64,000 nt of DNA from a bacterium (GTDB taxonomy: Bacteria; Ratteibacteria; UBA8468; B48-G9; JAFGKM01): NCBI GenBank assembly GCA_023230585.1, contig JALNXB010000001.1:69847-133846 (forward strand). The letters are read 5' to 3'. Position 1 is the first letter of the stretch. Every line of letters begins with the position of its first letter. Of this stretch, positions 56,809-64,000 are shown one piece after another. A program made the translations under genes and the position numbers. The notes beneath the pieces were generated by a model. The model had not been told where the DNA came from, searched no databases, and saw nothing but the letters and a program-made list of their open reading frames with translations.

Positions 56809-57963
56809 ATGAGATGGACAGGGTACTTTATGCCAACATCAAAAGAAGCCCCAAAAGACGCTGAAACAATAAGCCATAAACTTATGTCGAGGGCAGGACT
56901 TATAGATAAAACATCGTCAGGGGTTTACTCGTATCTACCGGCAGGATATAAGGTGTTGAGGAATGTGGAAGGAATTGTAAGAAGAGAGATGAATAAAGCA
57001 GGAGCGGTGGAGTTGCTTATGCCAGCACTTCAACCAGCAACCCTTTGGAAAGAGAGCGGTAGGTTAGATTTGATGGGTGAAGAAATGATAAGGTTTACCG
57101 ATAGGCATAACAGGGTTATGCTTTTTGGACCTACCCACGAAGAGGTGATAACAGATATTGTTAGAAAAAACATCAAGTCTTGGAAACAGTTACCTGTCAC
57201 TTTATACCAAATACAAACAAAATTTCGTGATGAGATGCGACCTCGCTTTGGGATAGTTCGTTCAAGAGAGTTTTTGATGAAAGACGCTTATAGTTTTGAT
57301 ATAAATACTAATGGTTTAGATGAAACTTACTCTAAAATGAAAGTAGCTTACCAGAATATTTTTTCGGCATGCGGACTAAAGTTTACTATACAGCAAGCAG
57401 ATTCAGGTGTTATAGGTGGTAAGTTTTCAGAGGAATTTTTTGCACAAGGGGAATGTCCTGAACTTGAGGTAGGTCATATATTTAAACTTGGTACTCAGTA
57501 TAGTGAATCAATGAAAGCGTTTTTTGTTGATAAAGACGGGACCCAAAAACCTATGGTTATGGGATGTTATGGAATAGGGGTTAGTAGAATTGTTGCTGCA
57601 ACAATTGAGGGGAATTTTGATGAGAAAGGTATTGTCTGGCCCTTAAATATAGCTCCTTTTAAGGTTCTGGTGCTTCCTGTGAATGTGGAAAACACTGATA
57701 TAATGGAAATATCAGAGAATCTCTACTCTTCTTTAGTATCTGAAGGTATAGAGGTGCTTTTAGATGATAGAGCCGAGAGTACAGGTGCTAAATTTGCTGA
57801 TGCCGACCTTACTGGAATACCTTTATGGGTGGTTGTAGGTAAAAAGATTTCAGAAGGTAAGGTAGAAATTAAAATAAGGAGAGAAAATAGGTTGATACCA
57901 ATTGATGTCAACAATGTGTTACCCTGGGTTGTTGACTATATAAAACAGCAAGAAAATGGCTAA
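56809..57963 (+). CDS. proS: Prolyl-tRNA synthetase, bacterial type but lacking the INS editing domain
   Basis: Collinear with E. coli ProS N-terminal catalytic and C-terminal anticodon-binding domains; motif QADSGVIGG runs directly into GHIFKLGT with no insertion domain. Confidence 0.85.
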   Translation: MRWTGYFMPTSKEAPKDAETISHKLMSRAGLIDKTSSGVYSYLPAGYKVLRNVEGIVRREMNKAGAVELLMPALQPATLWKESGRLDLMGEEMIRFTDRHNRVMLFGPTHEEVITDIVRKNIKSWKQLPVTLYQIQTKFRDEMRPRFGIVRSREFLMKDAYSFDINTNGLDETYSKMKVAYQNIFSACGLKFTIQQADSGVIGGKFSEEFFAQGECPELEVGHIFKLGTQYSESMKAFFVDKDGTQKPMVMGCYGIGVSRIVAATIEGNFDEKGIVWPLNIAPFKVLVLPVNVENTDIMEISENLYSSLVSEGIEVLLDDRAESTGAKFADADLTGIPLWVVVGKKISEGKVEIKIRRENRLIPIDVNNVLPWVVDYIKQQENG

Positions 57964-58660
57964 TTGGTTAAGGTTGTTAAAAACAGGTTTTTTGGTTAGA
58001 AAAAATGAACTCCTGCTTGCGCTTATTGTTCTGCTTTATCTAATATTGTTTCGGTTTATCTTATCCATTCCACTTAGAGAAGAGCATATCTTTATTTTTC
58101 AGGTATTCTTTCTTTTTATGGAAAATTACATAACTATCTGCGCATATAATGGTTTGAAAGAATCTTTATTAAAGGGTACCTTAAATATTGGGCAGTTGTT
58201 TAAAAACAGTATACTTTTTTTTGGAAGGATGTTGCTCTACAAAATGTTTGTAGGTCTGGTTGCTATCATTATAATGAGTTTTGGATTTGGAATGATAGAG
58301 GTTGTAAAAAATGCGTCTCTTGTAAAATCTACTCTTGTTATGCTTATAACAATTGTATGGCTTTCATTTCCAGTATATCTTGTTCTATTAACTTTTCTTA
58401 CCCCTTTCGTAATAGTTGTTGATGATGTTCCAGTCTTGTCTGCTATGAAAAAAAGTGTCAAAGTTTTAAGAAAAAATCTTACCACATCTATTATACTGAT
58501 ATTTTCGGTATTACCTTTATGGGTATTTGCTTTTTTTCTACTTAAATTGTATAATGAGAAGGGGTTGTTATTTCAGTTGTTCTTGTTATGCCTGATTGCT
58601 ATATTGGAAATTATCACCATAAAAATCTGGATGCTTTTTTACCAGAAAACTTCTACCTAA
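57956..58660 (+). CDS. Hypothetical polytopic membrane protein
   Basis: Hydrophobic 234 aa ORF. Confidence 0.35.
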   Translation: MANWLRLLKTGFLVRKNELLLALIVLLYLILFRFILSIPLREEHIFIFQVFFLFMENYITICAYNGLKESLLKGTLNIGQLFKNSILFFGRMLLYKMFVGLVAIIIMSFGFGMIEVVKNASLVKSTLVMLITIVWLSFPVYLVLLTFLTPFVIVVDDVPVLSAMKKSVKVLRKNLTTSIILIFSVLPLWVFAFFLLKLYNEKGLLFQLFLLCLIAILEIITIKIWMLFYQKTST

Positions 58661-58726
58661 TCTTTATATAAACTACTAATTATTAGTTATTAACAAATAT
58701 TAACATAACACAGATGGAGAGATAAT

Positions 58727-59305
58727 ATGAAAGAAATGTTTGAGGTTAGATGGCATGGCAGAGGAGGGCAAGGAGCCAAAACAGCTGCTCTGTTGTTTGG
58801 AGATGCGGCTTTGTCCACAGGTAAATATATACAGGCATTCCCTGAATATGGACCTGAAAGAATGGGTGCTCCTGTTCAGTCTTTTAATAGAATTAGCGAA
58901 AAACCGATAAGAATACATTCTGGGATTGAAGAACCAGATGTGGTTCTTGTCCTTGATGTAACTCTGGTTGGGCAGGTTGATGTAACAAAGGGGCTTGACA
59001 AAGAAAAGGGGATACTTATTATTAACACTCCTTTATCTCCTGAAGAGATGAAAAAGAAGCTCGGTTATGAAGGGAAAGTATATACAGTAAACGCTTCTGT
59101 TATATCAACAGAAACCATAGGTAGAAACATCCCTAACACACCTATGATAGGCGCTCTTACAAAGATAACAGGTATGTTAGAGATAGGTGCCCTACTTGAA
59201 GATACAAAAAAGAAATTGTCAGCAAAGTTTAGAAACAGACCAGAGATTGTAGATGGTAATCTTAAAGCAATAGAAAGAGCTTATAACGAGGTTAAAGGAG
59301 CTTAA
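58727..59305 (+). CDS. porG: Pyruvate:ferredoxin oxidoreductase gamma subunit
   Basis: RWHGRGGQGAKTAA motif. Confidence 0.8.
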   Translation: MKEMFEVRWHGRGGQGAKTAALLFGDAALSTGKYIQAFPEYGPERMGAPVQSFNRISEKPIRIHSGIEEPDVVLVLDVTLVGQVDVTKGLDKEKGILIINTPLSPEEMKKKLGYEGKVYTVNASVISTETIGRNIPNTPMIGALTKITGMLEIGALLEDTKKKLSAKFRNRPEIVDGNLKAIERAYNEVKGA

Positions 59306-59306
59306 A

Positions 59307-59606
59307 ATGGAAGAAAAAAAAGCAACGTGGAAAGAACTTCCAGAAGGTGATGTACTTGAAGGAAGTTCATCATTAAAGTTTAAAACTGGTAATTGGAGAA
59401 CCCTTAAACCTATTCATATACCTGAAAAATGTATACATTGTCTTTTCTGTTGGGTTTCTTGCCCTGATGGAGCGGTTGTTGTTGATAAAGAGACAAGCAA
59501 ATTTGTAAGGTTTGATTATGATTACTGTAAAGGGTGCGGTATATGTGCTTATGAATGTCCTAAAGATGCAATAGATATGGTTGATGACCAGGGAGAAGAT
59601 AAATGA
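59307..59606 (+). CDS. porD: Pyruvate:ferredoxin oxidoreductase delta subunit (2x[4Fe-4S])
   Basis: CIHCLFCWVSCP and CKGCGICAYECP. Confidence 0.8.
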   Translation: MEEKKATWKELPEGDVLEGSSSLKFKTGNWRTLKPIHIPEKCIHCLFCWVSCPDGAVVVDKETSKFVRFDYDYCKGCGICAYECPKDAIDMVDDQGEDK

Positions 59607-59893
59607 AAAGTGCTGTTAAATGGATAGCTTTGGTTTTAATATTGTCAGGTTGGGTAGCGTTTATAGCTCGACACGCAACTGCTGGCAAAGAAAAAGCTCT
59701 ACTAAACAGTAAAATCTCTCAACTTGAATCAGAGTTGGATTCTTACCAGTTTCTTGTTAAGGATGTGGAGACAAGCGCAAAAAAAATAGATGATATGATA
59801 TCTATTCTTGAAAATCTTAAAACGAATTTAGATAAATTAAAATCAAAAATGGATAAGGGAGTGAAAAATGAAAGTAGCCAAAACGGGGAATGA
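59603..59893 (+). CDS. Small ORF, N-terminal TM helix + coiled coil, between porD and porA
   Basis: ATGA overlap with porD stop; 26-nt overlap with porA start; no homology recognised. Confidence 0.25.
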   Translation: MKSAVKWIALVLILSGWVAFIARHATAGKEKALLNSKISQLESELDSYQFLVKDVETSAKKIDDMISILENLKTNLDKLKSKMDKGVKNESSQNGE

Positions 59894-61052
59894 AGCTTTT
59901 GCAGAGGCTATGCGTCAGATAAACCCTGATGTAGTAGCAGCATATCCTATTACTCCGGCAACAGAAATAGTACAGATTTTTTCACAATTTGTTGCCGATG
60001 GATTGGTTAAGACAGAATTTGTAGCAGTAGAAAGTGAACATAGCGCTATGAGCGCTTGTATTGGAGCCAGTACTGCTGGTATAAGAACAATGACAGGCAC
60101 CTCTTCCCAGGGACTTGCTCTTATGTGGGAGATGTTATATATTGCTTCTGGATTACGGCTTCCAATAATTATGTCGGTTGTTAACAGGGCGTTATCTGCC
60201 CCTATCAATATACATTGTGACCATTCAGATGGTATGGGTGCAAGGGATAGCGGTTGGATACAACTTTTTTCTGAAAATGTACAGGAAGCTTATGACAACC
60301 TGATTCAAGCAGTAAGAATAGCAGAACATCCTGATGTTAAGTTACCAGTAATGGCAACCACCGATGGTTTTATATTAAGCCATTGTCTTGAAACTCTTGA
60401 GATGCTCTCTGATGAAGATGTTCAGAAATTTGTTAAAGAGCCACCAGAAAGAGAGAACCTTATAAAGAGTTTAAAAGAAAAAAAACCTATAACTATAGGG
60501 GCATTGGATTTGCAGGACTACTATTTTGAACATAAAAGACAGTCAGCTGAAGGGATGTTTAATGCTCTAAAAGTTATTCCAGAAATAGGAAAAGAATTTG
60601 GTCAAACTTTTGGTAGAGAGTACGGTTTTTTTGAAGAGTATAAACTTGATGATGCACAGGTCGCTATCCTGGTTCTTGGTTCAACGGCCGGAACAGCAAA
60701 AGAGGTTGTTGATAAACTTAGAGCTGAAGGGAAAAAAGTAGGACTATTAAAACTGAGAGTGTATAGACCTTTCCCAGCAGAACAGTTAGCTAAGGCTCTT
60801 TCAAAGGTGAAGGCTCTTGGAGTAATGGATAGGGCTGAAGGAATGAGCGGTGTTTCAGGTCCTTTATATCCAGAAGTGTGTGCAGCTCTTTATGATTCAG
60901 AAGAAAAACCTATAATAACAGACTATATTTATGGTCTTGGTGGAAGAGATATAACAATGGAAGATATTGAGTATATTTACACTGAACTTTTAAAAATAGC
61001 GGAAGCAGGTAAAAAAGAGTATACCCTTAAATATATTGGTTTAAGAGAATAG
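59868..61052 (+). CDS. porA: Pyruvate:ferredoxin oxidoreductase alpha subunit
   Basis: 394 aa, N-terminal MKVAKTGNEAFAEAMRQINPDVVAAYPITPATEI typical of PorA. Confidence 0.85.
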   Translation: MKVAKTGNEAFAEAMRQINPDVVAAYPITPATEIVQIFSQFVADGLVKTEFVAVESEHSAMSACIGASTAGIRTMTGTSSQGLALMWEMLYIASGLRLPIIMSVVNRALSAPINIHCDHSDGMGARDSGWIQLFSENVQEAYDNLIQAVRIAEHPDVKLPVMATTDGFILSHCLETLEMLSDEDVQKFVKEPPERENLIKSLKEKKPITIGALDLQDYYFEHKRQSAEGMFNALKVIPEIGKEFGQTFGREYGFFEEYKLDDAQVAILVLGSTAGTAKEVVDKLRAEGKKVGLLKLRVYRPFPAEQLAKALSKVKALGVMDRAEGMSGVSGPLYPEVCAALYDSEEKPIITDYIYGLGGRDITMEDIEYIYTELLKIAEAGKKEYTLKYIGLRE

Positions 61053-61074
61053 AAAAACTATATAGGAGAGAGAA

Positions 61075-61962
61075 ATGAAGGTTTTCATAATGACTGATTT
61101 GGAAGGAGTCGCAGGAGTGTTGGATTCAAACAACTGGTGTTTGCCTGGGGGTGCTCATTACCTTAAGGCAAGAGAACTTCTTACTATGGAAATCAACTCC
61201 GCTATAGAAGGGTTTCTTGAAGGAGGCGCTACTGAGATACTTGTTTCTGATGGGCACGGTGGCGGCGGAACAATTGATAGAAGTTTGTTACATCCTAAAG
61301 CAGAATTTTCCTGTTTTTGGCCTGAAGGGCGTAGAGGTACTTTTAGTATGGACGATAAAAAGTTTGATTATATGGCTTTTATAGGTCAACACCCTATGGC
61401 TGGTACTATCGGAGGGCATCTGTGCCATACAGGTAATATGGGGGTTGTGGTGCAGACGTTTAATGGTATTCCTGTAGGTGAATATGGAGACCTTGTTTTT
61501 ACTGCAAATGAACTTGGTATTAGGGTTATATTTGCATCAGGATGTAAAGCATTCTGTCTTGAAGCAGAAAACCTTGTGCCTGGTATAGAAACAGTAGCAG
61601 TTAAAAGAGGAACTCAGACTACCTCTGGTAATCATCTACCTGGTGATGTGTATAGGCAACATAATAAATCAGCAATACATTTACACCCACAAGAAGCCCG
61701 CAGAAGAATAAAAGAGGGAACTAAAAGAGCAATAGAGAGAGCTCAAAAAGAGGATTTTGGTTTTACAAAAGAAAAACTTACGCCTCCTTTTACCAGAATT
61801 AGGATACAGAGAGGAAATGGCGAGTTTCCTCCAAGAATATATAAGCAGACCCATCCGACAAGCTTGTTTGATATGCACTACGAGCAGTGGGAAGGCTATG
61901 AGTTAGAAATCAACCCAGCAGATTCTGAGTTACAGAAATTGTTAGGTAGACGGATTGTATAA
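61075..61962 (+). CDS. Peptidase M55 (DppA-type D-aminopeptidase)-like protein inserted between porA and porB
   Basis: MKVFIMTDLEGVAGV start and spaced His/Asp/Glu ligands (SDGHGG, GQHPMAGT..H) align with B. subtilis DppA. Confidence 0.55.
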   Translation: MKVFIMTDLEGVAGVLDSNNWCLPGGAHYLKARELLTMEINSAIEGFLEGGATEILVSDGHGGGGTIDRSLLHPKAEFSCFWPEGRRGTFSMDDKKFDYMAFIGQHPMAGTIGGHLCHTGNMGVVVQTFNGIPVGEYGDLVFTANELGIRVIFASGCKAFCLEAENLVPGIETVAVKRGTQTTSGNHLPGDVYRQHNKSAIHLHPQEARRRIKEGTKRAIERAQKEDFGFTKEKLTPPFTRIRIQRGNGEFPPRIYKQTHPTSLFDMHYEQWEGYELEINPADSELQKLLGRRIV

Positions 61963-62052
61963 AGAAACGGGAACAGGCAATATTTAATATTCCTGCCCTT
62001 AATATAAAGTTGAAAATTACTCCTTGTTGCTTAGGAGTAAAGGAGAAGAATA

Positions 62053-62970
62053 ATGCCAAGTATAAAAGAACTTGCTCAAAGAGAAGAAAAATTTGTTTCA
62101 GGTCATAGGTTATGTGCTGGTTGTGGTGAAGGGATAGTGGCAAGGTTGGTTACTCTTGCTATAGATAAACCTTTTATAGCTTGTAATGCTACTGGATGTA
62201 TGGAGGTAGCAAGTACAATTTTCCCTTACTCTTCATGGAATGTGCCTTGGGTACATTCAGCGTTTGAGAACGCTGCTGCTACAATTAGCGGAGTAGAGGC
62301 AGCTTACCAATCACTAAAAAAACAAGGCAAGATAGACGAAGATGTTGTTTTTCTTACTTTCGGTGGAGATGGCGGAACGTATGATATAGGGCTACAGGCA
62401 CTTTCAGGCGCAGCAGAAAGAGGTCATAAAGTGTTATATGTGTGTTGTAACAACCAAGCTTATATGAACACTGGTATACAACGTTCTTCTGCTACCCCTA
62501 AAGCTGCAAGCACAACAACTACTCCTTCTGGGAAAGTTATTCCTGGAAAGATACAGTTTCAGAAAGACCTTCCATCTATAATGGTGGCTCACAATATCCC
62601 TTACGTAGCAACTTCAATTCCTGGTAGATGGAGGGATTTAACAAATAAGGTTGAAAAAGCAATAACTTTTGATGGGTTTACCTATATAGATGTTCTAACA
62701 CCTTGTAGATTGGGCTGGCCTCATGACCCAGCGCTAACAATGGAAATATCAAGGTTGGCTGCTGAAACCTGTATATGGCCCCTATATGAAGTGGTAGAAG
62801 GAAAATATAAAATCAATTATAAACCAAGAGAAAAGAAACCCATTGCTGACTGGTTTAAACTCCAGAGAAGGTTTGACCATCTTTTGAAACCATCTAACGA
62901 ACAACTTCTTGCAGAACTACAGGCTGAAGTAGATAAACGTTGGGAGATTTTGCTTAATAAAGAAGGATAA
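62053..62970 (+). CDS. porB: Pyruvate:ferredoxin oxidoreductase beta subunit (TPP-binding)
   Basis: GDGGTYDIG...CCNNQAYMNTG TPP motif, CAGCGEG cluster motif. Confidence 0.85.
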   Translation: MPSIKELAQREEKFVSGHRLCAGCGEGIVARLVTLAIDKPFIACNATGCMEVASTIFPYSSWNVPWVHSAFENAAATISGVEAAYQSLKKQGKIDEDVVFLTFGGDGGTYDIGLQALSGAAERGHKVLYVCCNNQAYMNTGIQRSSATPKAASTTTTPSGKVIPGKIQFQKDLPSIMVAHNIPYVATSIPGRWRDLTNKVEKAITFDGFTYIDVLTPCRLGWPHDPALTMEISRLAAETCIWPLYEVVEGKYKINYKPREKKPIADWFKLQRRFDHLLKPSNEQLLAELQAEVDKRWEILLNKEG

Positions 62971-62978
62971 TAACAACT

Positions 62979-64000
62979 ATGAATTCCCTTTTTTTGGCGG
63001 GGTTTTCGCTTCTGTTTTTTCTGCTTTCGTACCGTTTTATGGGCAGAAAACTTGAACGGTTGTGGGATGTTTCACCTGAAAGAAAAACTCCCGCTATTGA
63101 ATGCCCTGATGGAGTTGACTGTGTTCCTGTTAAACACTGGTCAATCCTTTTCGGACACCATTTTGCTTCGATAGCAGGTGCAGGTCCAATACTGGGTCCT
63201 GTGATTGCCTGTATGTTATGGGGTTGGCTACCGGCTGCTCTGTGGCTATTACTTGGTTCAGTTTTTTTAGGGGGAGTTCACGATTTTTCTTCTCTTATTT
63301 TAAGTTTGAGACATAAAGGTGGGTCTTTTGGAGAGATAACTGAATCGGTGATGGGCAGAAAAAGTAAGATTATATTTCTTATCTTTCTCTGGTTGACTCT
63401 GGTGTTGGTAGTTGCGGTTTTTGCTTCTGTTACAGCCAATACTCTTGTAGAAGAACCGTCCATTGTTATACCAACCTTTGGGCTTATACTGATAGCAGTC
63501 ATCTTTGGAGTATTTGTATATAAATTCAAATATTCTTATATAAATGCAACAGTTTTGTCTGTACTGCTATTGTTAATTACCTTTGTGCTTGGGAGTAAAT
63601 TCCCTGTATCTATTCCGTTTTACTCCCCTGTCAAAACCTGGATACTTATACTTCTCTTATACTCTTTTGTTGCAAGTATTATTCCTGTAAATCTCCTTCT
63701 TCAACCGCGTGACTATCTGTCTTCCTTTATCCTTCTTTTTGGGCTATTGTTTGGATATGCGGGGCTACTTCTTTCTCGTCCCAATATAACAGCGCCAGCA
63801 TATATCTCTTTTTCTTCACCTAAAGACGGTTACCTATGGCCTATGATGTTTGTAATGATTGCTTGTGGCGCTATTAGCGGTTTCCACAGTCTTGTAGCAA
63901 GCGGAACTACATCAAAACAGATTACTAGCGAAACTGATGCAAAAAAAATAAGTTATGGAGGTATGCTAACGGAAGGATTTTTATCTATACTTGCTCTTTT
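62979..64000 (+). CDS. cstA: Carbon starvation protein A family transporter (5' portion; continues past window end)
   Basis: FGHHFASIAGAGPILGPV...GGVHDF CstA signature; no stop before 64000 (not in ORF track). Confidence 0.8.
   Translation, partial: MNSLFLAGFSLLFFLLSYRFMGRKLERLWDVSPERKTPAIECPDGVDCVPVKHWSILFGHHFASIAGAGPILGPVIACMLWGWLPAALWLLLGSVFLGGVHDFSSLILSLRHKGGSFGEITESVMGRKSKIIFLIFLWLTLVLVVAVFASVTANTLVEEPSIVIPTFGLILIAVIFGVFVYKFKYSYINATVLSVLLLLITFVLGSKFPVSIPFYSPVKTWILILLLYSFVASIIPVNLLLQPRDYLSSFILLFGLLFGYAGLLLSRPNITAPAYISFSSPKDGYLWPMMFVMIACGAISGFHSLVASGTTSKQITSETDAKKISYGGMLTEGFLSILAL

Noticed and set aside
63278-63529. 83-aa minus-strand ORF
   Set aside because: Antisense within the cstA coding region. 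Hydrophobic mirror-frame artefact.

Overview
Low-GC bacterial chromosomal segment from an anaerobic-type metabolism. (1) Positions 1-15.6 kb hold a large operon for a group 4 (energy-converting, Mbh/Ech-like) [NiFe]-hydrogenase. Its core genes are NuoH/B/C/D/I-like. Upstream is a HydB/HydG-like (sulfhydrogenase beta/gamma, AsrAB/PyrK-like) FeS + FAD/NAD(P) module and a polyferredoxin. Downstream are an extra MrpD-like subunit and a complete MrpA-G Na+/H+ antiporter module, followed by a HypA-like gene, a HypB-HycI fusion and (after two genes flanked by repeat blocks) HypF. This operon is interrupted by a 758-bp composite repeat insertion flanked by 28-bp perfect direct repeats. (2) There are at least eight copies of a modular, hairpin-rich dispersed intergenic repeat family (MITE/REP-like). 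(3) An isolated V-type ATPase F-A gene pair is present. An ~8.3 kb segment carrying AcpS, a hypothetical gene and a complete type I R-M system (hsdM-hsdS-rhuM fragment-hsdR) is bracketed by 39-bp direct repeats, one copy lying inside atpF. (4) Housekeeping blocks: nagB, rpsA, ispH, plsC, dtd; tRNA-Asp-thrS-infC-rpmI-rplT; hemW-lepA; proS. (5) Accessory/metabolic genes: two creatininase-family genes and a creatinase-like M24 peptidase; tandem AstE/AspA paralogs; two MBL hydrolases; an OYE-like flavoenzyme; a GGDEF cyclase; a GHL6-like putative glycosidase; a 1021-aa secreted Fn3 protein. (6) A pyruvate:ferredoxin oxidoreductase operon (porGDAB) interrupted by two non-POR genes, then a partial cstA. 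All calls are from reading the ORF translations and the DNA for motifs. No database searches were run.
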